From an uncultured delta proteobacterium (GTDB lineage: Bacteria > Desulfobacterota > Binatia > DP-6): 49,746 bases of DNA. Position numbers and translations under genes: made by a program. A model generated the notes under the pieces. It was not told the DNA's origin. It saw only the letters and a program-made list of their open reading frames with translations, and did not search any database. Within the stretch, counting starts at the first letter, position 1, and the number at the start of each line of letters is the position of its first letter. Where the stretch lies: assembly GCA_963815115.1 (NCBI GenBank), contig CAWFFN010000004.1:1-49746 (forward strand), written 5' to 3'. This document shows positions 18,856 to 28,248 of the stretch, piece by piece.

Positions 18856-19953
18856 TCAAGAAGCAGGATAGCCCAAGGTCTTCGGATCGGTCTGGCCAAA
18901 GGTCAGGAACCACCCACTCCCCAACGCACCGCCGGGAGGCACGAAGACATCGTAGGAATAGGTGACCGGGTTGTTCGCCACGTCCACGGAGTAGCGGCGC
19001 ACTTCCCCGGTGGCAGGGCCATTGCCAGCGATGGGGACGAAGAGGTTTCCTCCCGGGCCGAAGAGGATCGCCTGCGCAAAGGCGCGATCACCACCCGGAG
19101 AGTCCAGGTCGATCTTTCCGACGAACAGCCCGTTTGCGTCGTAGACCCGTATCGAGTCCCCGTCGTTCGCGTTCGCCCGGAAACTCGTGACAAAAAGGTG
19201 GCCGTCCGGGCTGAACACCAGTCCGTCGGGGCGGTTCAGGTGACCCGGGTCGCCGGTGGCGTTCTCGTCGCGGATGAACGTGTCCACGAAGCTGCCGTCA
19301 GGCTCGAAGCGTAGCACGTAGCCGCCGAGTCCGGTGACCCGGCTCGTCGGAACGGAGACGTAGAGCAGTCCGTCCGGGCCAAACACGACGCCGCGCGGAT
19401 GGTAGTTCTCCGGGGGGATACCCGCAGGAGGAGCAGGAGGACTCAGAGTGCCACGGAACTTGCCGCCGAAGGTGTACTCGAAGACGCTGCCGGGCAGCGA
19501 GACGTCGTCCGAGAACGGCACCTGCAAGTTCGCGACAACGAGTCGCCGACCACGACCCAGAACCATGCCCTGTGGCGCGAACGGGGCATTGGGGTCGGTG
19601 TGGGGGACCACGGCCTTCCTCTTGAAGGCGCCATCCTTCAACCTGTACCTCAGGATCTCACCGGCGATCGGCAGATCGACATTCTGATTGACGACCAGGA
19701 GGTCGTGGCCGACCACGAGGATTCCCTGTGACCCGGTGAGCCCGCCACTGCCGGATTGCGCGAACACGCCCTTCGGGTCGCTATTGGCCTTCGTGTTGGA
19801 GATGAAGTCTCCGGTGCGCGCATCGAACCGCTTGATGGTGTTGTCGGCATTGTCACCGATGTACAGGATGTCCCCGCTCAACGCAGGCGCCGGTTGGAGA
19901 AGGGCCTGCATCCCCAGGATGAACAGCAGTACGAGGAACCGTAGCGTTTTCAT
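18856..19953 (-). CDS. Secreted beta-propeller-like protein
   Basis: GGAGG before ATG 19953; signal peptide MKTLRFLVLLFILGMQALLQPAPALS; repeated blades PRGVVFGPDGLLYVS, PDGLVFSPDGHLFVT, AILFGPGGNLFV. Confidence 0.8.
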   Translation of the reverse strand: MKTLRFLVLLFILGMQALLQPAPALSGDILYIGDNADNTIKRFDARTGDFISNTKANSDPKGVFAQSGSGGLTGSQGILVVGHDLLVVNQNVDLPIAGEILRYRLKDGAFKRKAVVPHTDPNAPFAPQGMVLGRGRRLVVANLQVPFSDDVSLPGSVFEYTFGGKFRGTLSPPAPPAGIPPENYHPRGVVFGPDGLLYVSVPTSRVTGLGGYVLRFEPDGSFVDTFIRDENATGDPGHLNRPDGLVFSPDGHLFVTSFRANANDGDSIRVYDANGLFVGKIDLDSPGGDRAFAQAILFGPGGNLFVPIAGNGPATGEVRRYSVDVANNPVTYSYDVFVPPGGALGSGWFLTFGQTDPKTLGYPAS

Positions 19954-20042
19954 TTGAATCCTCCGCTTCAAAAGCTGCGTAAGATGATTCGTAAGGTTGG
20001 ACTGCGCGAACCCACTGGCGGGGTCGCGAGGGAATTGCGGGC

Positions 20043-20978
20043 TCAGGGGCTGAGATTACACCAGGGGATTAGGCCGGTTGTTGACACCAGCTCTGCCTCG
20101 CATGTTTGGAAGTCGGGATAAGTGAGATCCAATTCCAGAGCTGCGCTGGTCGTCACTAGCCCGCATTTGTACTGAAACCCGAAGCCAAAGGGGTCTTCTG
20201 CCGACGTATAGGCATACTCTGGTACGGTAGCCTCGGTTTCTTGTCCGGAGATGGCCACATATCCCCCTCCCTTTTCAGTGAACGGGGCAATTGCGCATCC
20301 CAGTGCCGCTGTCTTTGTGGGGATGGTTATCTCGGCTGCGAGCGATTGAGCCGGTGCACCTGCCCAACAAGGACATTGAAATGCAGGGAGCGTCGCGTTT
20401 CCGAGACTTCCGACGCACTCATCCACCAGCGCATCCAAGGCAGTCGCCGTGTCGGCACACGTCCCGAGCTCGTCGGCCTTCGCCACCGCCGGCGTGAACT
20501 TCGTCTCGGCTTTGTCCAGGCACGGCGCATCCAAGGCCAGGCCCTTGAGGAGCGACTTCTGGTGGCACTTCGTCTTGGCGTAGGTCGTCGCCCCCACCGC
20601 CTTCATCTTCGCCGCCGCGCACTTCGCGTCGCCCGCGATCGCGCCGGTAAGGCTCGCCACGCACGTATCCACCAGCGCCTCGACGGCGGCGCTATCGCCC
20701 GTAGCGGCACACCCCCCCTTCGCCTCGGCCCCACCGAACGCGGCGACGAACTTCTGCTCTGCCTTCGTCAAGCACGTCGAGTCGACGGTGGAACCTTTCG
20801 CGAGCGCCTTCTGGTAGCACTTGGCCTTCGCGTAGACCTTGATCCCGGCCGCCTTCGTCTTCGTCGCAGCGCACTTCTGCGCCGGTGTCGCCGCGAGTGC
20901 GGTGCCGGCGAGTACGCACAGCAGCGCGACGCTGATCCTCGTCCAGCAGTGCGTCACCATTTCCTTGGCTCCCATCAT
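20043..20978 (-). CDS. Secreted Cys/Lys-rich protein with two internal repeats and a lower-GC C-terminal domain
   Basis: Signal peptide ISVALLCVLAGTALA; repeats KCAATKTKAAG..AKAKCYQK..CLTKAEQKF and KCAAAKMKAVG..AKTKCHQK..CLDKAETKF. Confidence 0.8.
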   Translation of the reverse strand: MMGAKEMVTHCWTRISVALLCVLAGTALAATPAQKCAATKTKAAGIKVYAKAKCYQKALAKGSTVDSTCLTKAEQKFVAAFGGAEAKGGCAATGDSAAVEALVDTCVASLTGAIAGDAKCAAAKMKAVGATTYAKTKCHQKSLLKGLALDAPCLDKAETKFTPAVAKADELGTCADTATALDALVDECVGSLGNATLPAFQCPCWAGAPAQSLAAEITIPTKTAALGCAIAPFTEKGGGYVAISGQETEATVPEYAYTSAEDPFGFGFQYKCGLVTTSAALELDLTYPDFQTCEAELVSTTGLIPWCNLSP

Positions 20979-21056
20979 CCATCGCCCTCGGCATGCGAGG
21001 GGCTACGAACCCGGCTGGACCACTCGTCTGCTCAGCAACCCGAGAGCAGTCGTCGG

Positions 21057-21269
21057 TCACGTAAACGTCATGGTGCGTCCTCCTGACCCCACTCGCTCGG
21101 TGGTGCGGCACTGGCGGCCGGTGCGAAGCGGCCGGTCAGTCGCTTCGCCGGTCCCGTCGAGGGACGGCTCGGCGCGACCGGGACGTGCTGCCAGTAGCAG
21201 GCACGCGATCGTGGCGGCGAAGGCGTAGCGGGTTTGAACTTTCTTGCATCTCGTGCCTCTCGGTTTCAT
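21057..21269 (-). pseudogene. Short ORF with signal peptide; probable remnant of a secreted-protein gene
   Basis: GGAGG just before ATG; YAFAATIACLLLAARPGRA signal-like stretch followed by sequence with no recognisable domain. Confidence 0.4.
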
Positions 21270-21388
21270 GGATCCTCCGTCGCTGCGTTGGGGACCTGTC
21301 CATGCAGATCCTCCTCACGAGCAAGAGGGGAAAACCGAGGGCACAATCGTGCCTTCGCCGGGCACGACCCCGCAGGCGATGCGAGTGC

Positions 21389-22367
21389 CTAGAACATCCA
21401 GGGAATGGGATGGCGAGGATCGGGCATGTAGGCGCAGAAGGTGCCCCGGCGGATCGTGACGGCAAGATGGCGGCCGAGAGCGGGGTGGTTCTGCGAGATT
21501 CGCTCCAGGGCGGCCTTGATGCCCTTGGTCACCGTCAGGCGCGCTCGCTCGGCGTACGGGTTGGCCTTCTGGTGACCGCGAAAGGGCGCGGTGAGCTCGG
21601 TCGTGAGGAAGTCGATCTCGGCTCCCGCATGCTCCGCCCGACCCAGATCATGCAGGCGCTCGGCGTCCGCGAGCTCCTCCCGCAGATCGGAGAGCCGCTC
21701 CTGATAGGCTGCCTTCGCGCGTGCATCGAGCAGGGCCGGGGCACCGCCGAGGCGGGACACGACCAGACCCTCGGCCGCCAGCTCCTGGCGACTCGGCCCC
21801 CGCTCCGCGTTCGACGACTCTCCCGCTCGCGGGCCCGCGGCGGCGACCACCAGGTCGTTGGTGTGGAACTCGGTGGCCGGATGGTGCAACAGGTGGGCGA
21901 TGTAGTGCAGCCCCTTCGTGTCCTTCAAGCGGAAGACGACGTCTTGGTAGGCGATCGTCCAGTAGTCCCCTTCCTTGCGAAAGACGTTCGCCGTCGCGGC
22001 GAGGATCGGCCTCTCGAGGTCATGGGCGGTGCGCGGTGAGCGGTCGAGCAGCTCGTCTGCGTTCTCTCGGTCGCCGGGCTCGTCCCGCTGGAGGAGCATC
22101 CGGGCGTCGTCGTTGCCGGCGACGGACGGGGTGCGGGCTACCCGCGCGGCGACCCCTGCCCCCTCGCAGCGGGCACGCGGCGTCTCGGCGCGCCGGATCC
22201 ACCCCGGCATGTCGAGGCTGCGGAACTGCACGAGCGCAGCGTCGACGAGCGGCCACGCGCGGTCGAGATCACCGGCGGCGCCGCGACGTGCGTACATGAG
22301 CGCCTCGTCGTAGTCCACGATCGCGCGCAGCGGGCGGGCGCCCTGCTCGTCGAGGACGGTGCGGGCA
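21389..22367 (-). pseudogene. 5'-truncated third STAND paralog (last TPR-like helices plus C-terminal domain)
   Basis: Homology starts abruptly at ARTVLDEQGARPLRAIVD (22367); the C-terminal ~200 aa are nearly identical to paralogs 1 and 2; frame is open from GTG 22318. Confidence 0.85.
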
Positions 22368-22399
22368 TTCGCCGTTGAACTCTCCGGGGGCGCTGCCCG

Positions 22400-23314
22400 T
22401 CACCGGATGTCGCGCCTCGCCTCCCCTCCCGTCACGGCACGCCCGCCGGCGTCGCCGCGATCATCTCGCAGCCGGGCGACCCGACGCTTGCTCCAGGCCG
22501 AGTAGGGAACGGCGACGATCGCCCCCAGGATCATGTACGACAGGAGCGTCGGAAGAACGGTCTGCTCCACGCGGCTCAAGACCGTGACGAAGAGCGCCAG
22601 ACCGACGTTGCGCGCGATGCTCGCGACGGCGAGCGCGGAACGCTCCTCGGGAACGGGGCCCCCCAGCAGGTGCCCCAGGGCCAGCGATATGCCGACCATG
22701 ATCACGACCGCCAGCGCGGGAAGCGTGCCGAAGCGCAGGATCATTCGCACGCTGGGAACGAGGATGGCCGCGATGAGCAACGCGAAGAGGACGTTGGCCA
22801 GCACGGTGAGCGGTCTGGCGGCGACGCCGGTGAGTCCGGGCATGAGCCGCCGGACCAGGAGCCCGATGCTGACCGGCAGGAACTGCACGATCGCCACCTC
22901 CCTGGCCACCTCCACCGACGACAGCCCCGCCGTCTCGAGCACGAACATGGCGTGAAAGATCGCCAGCGTGAGCGGCGTCGTCAGGACGGCCAGCAGAGCC
23001 AGCGTCAGCTGCAGGCTGGCCGAGTAGGGTGTGCTCCCGCCAGCCATTTGGGAACGCATGGTGGTGAGGGGAGCGCCGGGCGCCGCCGCCAGGACGGCCA
23101 GGCCCGTCCCGACCGCGCGCGGCAGGTCGAGCAGCCAGAGCAGGAGCAGGGCCACGCCGGGGACCAGCACCAGCACGGCGAGCAGAGACCGGAGCAGCAG
23201 AGCGGGACGCCGCCAGAGCGACGTCAGCTCCCCGAACGGGAGGGTGATCCCGATGTCGAGCATGAGGGTGAAGATCGTGATCCTGACGAGAACGAGGAGA
23301 TCCGGGTGATCCAT
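22400..23314 (-). CDS. Bile acid:sodium symporter (BASS)-family membrane protein
   Basis: Multiple hydrophobic helices; LAAAPGAPL, QFLPVSIGLLVRR, GHLLGGP..RSALA.ASIARNVGLAL motifs. Confidence 0.85.
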   Translation of the reverse strand: MDHPDLLVLVRITIFTLMLDIGITLPFGELTSLWRRPALLLRSLLAVLVLVPGVALLLLWLLDLPRAVGTGLAVLAAAPGAPLTTMRSQMAGGSTPYSASLQLTLALLAVLTTPLTLAIFHAMFVLETAGLSSVEVAREVAIVQFLPVSIGLLVRRLMPGLTGVAARPLTVLANVLFALLIAAILVPSVRMILRFGTLPALAVVIMVGISLALGHLLGGPVPEERSALAVASIARNVGLALFVTVLSRVEQTVLPTLLSYMILGAIVAVPYSAWSKRRVARLRDDRGDAGGRAVTGGEARRDIR

Positions 23315-23324
23315 CCTTCGCCCG

Positions 23325-24608
23325 TCAAGCCGCCCGATCCTCTCCGGGTGCATGGCACCGCGACGCGTCGAACACGACTTGATCGTACCACCAGAGGTTC
23401 TCAAAGAAGGTGGCTGCCATGTCGAGGCGCGCTTTCGTTTGTGAGGATGCTCCTTCCACTATGGCACCGATACTACGACTCCCATCAATGGCGTCGAACC
23501 ACCGCTTCTCTGTCGAATCGATTGGCATGATGAGATCCGCGTAGGCATGTGTCTGGTTGATCAGCACACCCGCCGCCCCCGGGGGCAGCCGCTCTTGAAC
23601 ACACACGGTGTCGGGCATTCGAAGGGGCACATAGCCGAGCCAGGCGTTGCCGGCGAAAGTCACTTGTTGCAGCTCAGGGCTATCGTTTCGGTAAACAACC
23701 ATGCTGTGGCGAACCATCGTGCCGCGAAACAGTTCGACGGCGGCATACTGCTCCACTGCGGAAAGCTCCTTCAGCCGGGGGGCCTGCGGGATCCTTGCCA
23801 GGACTCCACAATGAGGGGTGTAGGGTGCTTGTTTGATCCACCGGCCGAATGTCAGTCCTGCTTTCCCGATGAAGTCGAATAGCTGTGGCACTGAATAACT
23901 GCGGTCCTGCGGGTTCAGGAGTGCGTCGGCGAGCGCCGCTTCCTGGCCGAAATCCGGGGCCCCGCGCAGCAGATTCTCCAACGGATGCCCGGATGGCATC
24001 GCTCTGAGCGCCGCGATGAGATCGCGGATCTCCCTGTCGTTGGCATGGAGACCGGTCCGTCTGCAGAACTCTTGCATCATATAGATGCCGGCCCGCCCGT
24101 AAGGCGCATACACCATGAGGTGCATCGCGCCGTCCGGTTTGAGGACTTCCCGAAGAGCGCTGAGCCCCGCATCAGGATCCGCAAGATGATGGAGAACACC
24201 GGTGCAGATGATCTGATCGAAGCTCGTTCTCAGGTCACTGACCTGCTCGATGGGAAGCTGGTCGACTTGGAGATTGTGCAAGTTGTGCTTCCGCTTGAGA
24301 GCCTCAGTACAGCGCACACTGGTTGCGCTGAAGTCGATGCCGATGACCTGAGCCGCGGGCCAACGCATCGCATGCTTCGCCGCCTGAGACGTTCCGCAGC
24401 CTGCGACAAGGATCGCTTGCTTCTCCCGATAGGGCCTTAGAGGCCAGAGGAAATGGTACTCCGCACGACGTCGTTGTCGGTCCTGCCCGAGCTGTCGATA
24501 TTTCTCCACGCTGTCGATCGGGCGAGGATACGGATACCGTTCGTAGAAGTCCTGGACTTCCGCTGCCACTTCGGCGGAGCGTGAAGGTCGTGTTTCTTGC
24601 TGGCTCAT
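23325..24608 (-). CDS. Class I SAM-dependent methyltransferase
   Basis: FYERYPYP, ILVAGCGT, VIGIDFS, FDQIICTGVLHHL.DP..GL..L..VLKPDG motifs. Confidence 0.88.
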   Translation of the reverse strand: MSQQETRPSRSAEVAAEVQDFYERYPYPRPIDSVEKYRQLGQDRQRRRAEYHFLWPLRPYREKQAILVAGCGTSQAAKHAMRWPAAQVIGIDFSATSVRCTEALKRKHNLHNLQVDQLPIEQVSDLRTSFDQIICTGVLHHLADPDAGLSALREVLKPDGAMHLMVYAPYGRAGIYMMQEFCRRTGLHANDREIRDLIAALRAMPSGHPLENLLRGAPDFGQEAALADALLNPQDRSYSVPQLFDFIGKAGLTFGRWIKQAPYTPHCGVLARIPQAPRLKELSAVEQYAAVELFRGTMVRHSMVVYRNDSPELQQVTFAGNAWLGYVPLRMPDTVCVQERLPPGAAGVLINQTHAYADLIMPIDSTEKRWFDAIDGSRSIGAIVEGASSQTKARLDMAATFFENLWWYDQVVFDASRCHAPGEDRAA

Positions 24609-24763
24609 CGAAGACGACACAACCGCGCGCTGTACAGCTCCGAGACGTCGAGTATCGTCTCTTCGTCGAGGGCGGAAGAGAAGTTCAATGTTCAGGCCGA
24701 ACGCGTTGAGCGTGTGAGCCCGGGACATTGAACCTTGAACAGGTTGTGTCTTCCCTGACGCTC

Positions 24764-26311
24764 TCAGTGCTTGCCTCCACCGGCAACCTCGCTCATCTTC
24801 GCCAATGCCTGATCGATGGTGAAGCTGGCAGCTTTCTGGCGCGGCGGAAACTCCTTGAACGTCTCGAGGAACGGAACCAGGATCGCCTGCGCCGCTAATA
24901 CTTGCGGGATATGGTCGATGAGCCAGTCGTAGTAGGTGTTCGAGGTGATGTCGGCGCGCTCGAACGGGTCGGTCCGCAGGTTGAAGAGCTTCGGGACCCG
25001 TAGCGGCACGAACGGGTCGGCCCAGATCCGCAGCGTCCCCTCAGTGCGCTGCTCCATGAACACGATTTTCCAGTTGTCGAAGCGCAGGGCAACCAAATTG
25101 CCGTCGTCATCGAAGTAAACGAAACCCTGGCGCGGGCTCTTCTTCTCCTGTCCGGTGAGGTACGGCAGCAGGTTGTAGCCGTCGATATGGACTTTGAACG
25201 TCTTGCCGGCCGCCTGATGTCCCTTCTTGAGCTTCTCTACGACGTCAGGATCACCGGCCAGCGCCAGGAACGTCGGCAGCCAATCGTGATGCTGAACGAT
25301 CTCGTTGGAAACCACTCCCGCCGGGATCTTACCAGGCCAGCGCACCGTCATCGGCACGCGGAAAGCGCCCTCCCAGTTGGTGTTCTTCTCGCTCCGAAAG
25401 GGCGTCATGCCGCCGTCCGGCCAGCTGTTCATATGCGGCCCGTTGTCCGTGCTGTACATGACGAAGGTGTCGTCGGCGATACCCAACTCGTCAAGCAGAT
25501 TCAGCAACTCGCCCACATGTTTGTCGTGGTCGATCATGGTGTCATGATACGGCGATTGCCACCGGCCGGCCTGGCCAAGACTCGACGGCTTGGTGTGGGT
25601 CCGGAGGTGCATGTGTGTGGTGTTGACCCAGCAGAAAAAGGGCTTGCCGGCGGCGTGCTGGCGCTTGATCCAATCCTTGGCGGCGGCCACGAACTCATCA
25701 TCGCAGGTCTCCATGCGCTTCTTGGTGAGCGGGCCGGTGTCCTCGAGCTTCTGCTTGCCTACACGGCCCCAGCGCGGCTGCTCGGTGGGGTCGTCGGTAT
25801 CGGTCGCCCAGCAGTGCATCACGCCGCGGGGGCCGAAGCGTTCGCGAAAGTGAGGAAAGTCCTTCGGATCCGGGTAGTCCGGCAGCTCGGGTTCCTCCTC
25901 GGCGTTCAGGTGATACAGGTTGCCGAAGAACTCATCGAAGCCATGGGCCGTCGGCAGGAATTTGTTCAGGTCGCCGAGGTGGTTCTTGCCGAACTGGCCG
26001 GTGGCGTAGCCATGGTTCTTGAGTAGTTCCGCGATGGTCGGATCTTCGGCCTCTAGCCCGACCGGTGAGGCCGGGACACCCACCTTGGAGAGGCCGGTGC
26101 GATAGACGCTCTGCCCGGTGATGAACGCAGAGCGGCCCGCCGTGCAGCTCTGCTCGGCGTAGGAGTCCGTGAACTTCATTCCCTCCTTGGCGATCCGATC
26201 GATATTGGGAGTCCGATAGCCCATCAACCCGTCGCTGTAGCAACTGAGGTTGGTGATGCCGATGTCATCCCCCCAGATGACGAGGATATTGGGTTTCTGT
26301 GGCTTCGCCAT
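24764..26311 (-). CDS. Arylsulfatase (Cys-type)
   Basis: KPNILVIWGDDIG, SCTAGRS (CxAxR), FGKNHLGD, STDNG, WEGAFRVP; GGAG RBS; no signal peptide. Confidence 0.95.
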   Translation of the reverse strand: MAKPQKPNILVIWGDDIGITNLSCYSDGLMGYRTPNIDRIAKEGMKFTDSYAEQSCTAGRSAFITGQSVYRTGLSKVGVPASPVGLEAEDPTIAELLKNHGYATGQFGKNHLGDLNKFLPTAHGFDEFFGNLYHLNAEEEPELPDYPDPKDFPHFRERFGPRGVMHCWATDTDDPTEQPRWGRVGKQKLEDTGPLTKKRMETCDDEFVAAAKDWIKRQHAAGKPFFCWVNTTHMHLRTHTKPSSLGQAGRWQSPYHDTMIDHDKHVGELLNLLDELGIADDTFVMYSTDNGPHMNSWPDGGMTPFRSEKNTNWEGAFRVPMTVRWPGKIPAGVVSNEIVQHHDWLPTFLALAGDPDVVEKLKKGHQAAGKTFKVHIDGYNLLPYLTGQEKKSPRQGFVYFDDDGNLVALRFDNWKIVFMEQRTEGTLRIWADPFVPLRVPKLFNLRTDPFERADITSNTYYDWLIDHIPQVLAAQAILVPFLETFKEFPPRQKAASFTIDQALAKMSEVAGGGKH

Positions 26312-26419
26312 CTCATTCTCCCTTCATGTTTGTCGGTGTTCTCATTGCATCGCCCCAACTAAGAGACCGGGATTCGCGCTCCTTTCCTGCTGTCGAGCCG
26401 CACCTCGGCCGGAGCTCCT

Positions 26420-26687
26420 GCACGAAGAACGGCTTGTCCGCCGCGACGTGGCGGGCGATGAAGTCCTTCGTCCTGCCGATTCCCAGGACGATGAAGCTGG
26501 CCCCGAAGCTCGGCGTGCTGCGGACGGGGTCGAGAAGCTCGGGCAACCCGGCGTCGTGGAGATAGCGGTAGAACTTGCCGACGCCGAACCCGGTCAGCGC
26601 CAGGACGGCGCCGATCGCCGCCAGGAGCGTCCCATTGGCGGCCTCCAGGTTCCGTTCTCTCGCGAGCTCGGTGCTGGAGTCGATCAT
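26420..26687 (-). pseudogene. Degenerate DUF202/YidH fragment joined to a short sulfatase-like fragment
   Basis: STELARERNLEAANGTLLA..ALTGFGVGKFY resembles YidH; TKDFIARHVAADKPFFV resembles AKDWIKRQHAAGKPFFC of the adjacent sulfatase. Confidence 0.5.
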
Positions 26688-27040
26688 GGCGGCGAGCGGT
26701 AGAGAAAAACCGGTCGGTCCTCGTTTGTCAATGGGAGTGAGCCGCGGGACATGGCGCCGCGGTATGTGCAGTCTTGCTGAGTCACTGCCAGCGGCGGTCC
26801 GGACAACACCCGCGCTGGCGAAGGCGATCATCGGCGAGCGCCGGGACCTCGCGGTCACCGTCGGCGATCGGCGCAAGACGCGCCCGGCTGTGAGGTGCGG
26901 AACGCTCGCGGGGTGATGCCCGTCCAGGCGCGCGCCACATCGTGGTTGACGGTCCTTGGACTTCATGATCGAAAACCCCTCGCGATCGTCCACCACGCTC
27001 GGGAGGATCCTTGCGACGATGCCACCGTCAGCATGACGCC

Positions 27041-27211
27041 GTGCAAGCGCGGACGGCTTTGGTCGCCGCGACCCTGCTTGCGACTGGCGCCCTGTTCGGT
27101 TGGTTCGTCGCCTCGGACAGGTTGACCGCACGGGCGGCCACGGGTCAATCACCCGAGCAGGCGGTGTTCGACAAGATGTGGCGGTTACCCGACATCGAGG
27201 TGACGTCGTGA
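27041..27211 (+). pseudogene. Internally deleted secreted-protein gene (signal peptide plus DUF1254/DUF1214-like C-terminus)
   Basis: ALVAATLLATGALFGWFVAS joined directly to SPEQAVFDKMWRLPDIE; stop overlaps the FGE start (GTGA). Confidence 0.45.
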
Positions 27212-28236
27212 GCACCCACTCGCCGCTGCACATCGAGAAGCGCGGCCCGGATGGGCCGCCTCCTGGCAAGCCCCCGTTTGACGACATGGCGTGGATCCCC
27301 GGCGGCTCGTTCCTCATGGGGTCGAACGATCACTACCCCGAGGAGGCGCCGGCTCACCCCGTGGCGGTGAGCGGCTTCTGGATGGACCGGTTCGCCGTGA
27401 CCAACGCCGCGTTCCAGCAGTTCGTCGAGGCAACGGGCTACGTGACGGTCGCCGAGCGCCCCGCGAATCCGTCCGACTATCCAGGCGCGAAGCCGGAGCT
27501 GCTCGAACCCGCGGCCGTGGTCTTCCGCAAGACCGCGGGTCCGGTCGACCTGCGCAACCCGTACAACTGGTGGACATACGTGCGCGGCGCCGACTGGCGG
27601 CACCCGCACGGGCCGGGCAGCGGCCTGGAGGGGCTCCGGAACCATCCGGTCGTGCAGGTAGCCTACGAGGACGTTGCGGCCTATGCGACGTGGGCTGGAA
27701 AGGCGCTGCCAACGGAAGCCGAGTGGGAGTGCGCGGCGCGCGGTGGGCTCGAGGGCGCGGAATACGTGTGGGGCGACGAGTTCACGCCGGACGGCACGCA
27801 CGTGTGCAACACCTGGCAGGGCGAGTTCCCATGGCAGAACCTGCTGCGCGACGGCTACGAATGCACGGCGCCGGTCGGCTCCTTTCCACCCAACGGGTAC
27901 GGGCTGTACGAGATGGCCGGCAACGTCTGGGAGTGGACCACCGACTGGTACCAGGACCACGACAAGATCGAGCGCGCCTGCTGCACCATCCGCGATCCCC
28001 GGGGCGGCGCGGCTGAGCAGAGCTACGACCCCCGCCTCCCCCACGTTCGCATCCCGCGCAAGGTGATGAAGGGCGGCTCGTACCTGTGCGCGCCGAACTA
28101 CTGCCGGCGATACCGGCCGGCGGCCCGCATGGCGCAGCCCGTGGACACCGCGATCTGCCACCTCGGATTCCGGTGCATCGTGCGAGAGCCGGCGTCGCCG
28201 CGTGGCGGACGTGAGGAAAGCGCGCCGACGACCTGA
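27208..28236 (+). CDS. Formylglycine-generating enzyme (sulfatase-modifying factor)
   Basis: FLMGSNDHYPEEAPAH, HPVVQV, LPTEAEWE.AARGG, NGYGLYEMAGNVWEW, KGGSYLCAPNYCRRYRPAAR, HLGFRC; GAGG RBS before GTG 27208. Confidence 0.95.
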   Translation: MSTHSPLHIEKRGPDGPPPGKPPFDDMAWIPGGSFLMGSNDHYPEEAPAHPVAVSGFWMDRFAVTNAAFQQFVEATGYVTVAERPANPSDYPGAKPELLEPAAVVFRKTAGPVDLRNPYNWWTYVRGADWRHPHGPGSGLEGLRNHPVVQVAYEDVAAYATWAGKALPTEAEWECAARGGLEGAEYVWGDEFTPDGTHVCNTWQGEFPWQNLLRDGYECTAPVGSFPPNGYGLYEMAGNVWEWTTDWYQDHDKIERACCTIRDPRGGAAEQSYDPRLPHVRIPRKVMKGGSYLCAPNYCRRYRPAARMAQPVDTAICHLGFRCIVREPASPRGGREESAPTT

Positions 28237-28248
28237 TCGGAGCCCCCC

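Noticed and set aside
14055-21985. Diversity-generating retroelement (template/variable repeats) suggested by three near-identical C-terminal copies
   Set aside because: Differences are not adenine-specific (many are C/G) and no reverse transcriptase is present in the window.
24683-24733. Integron attC site
   Set aside because: Core motifs are in the wrong order (GTT first, AAC last), it is single-copy, and no integrase is present.
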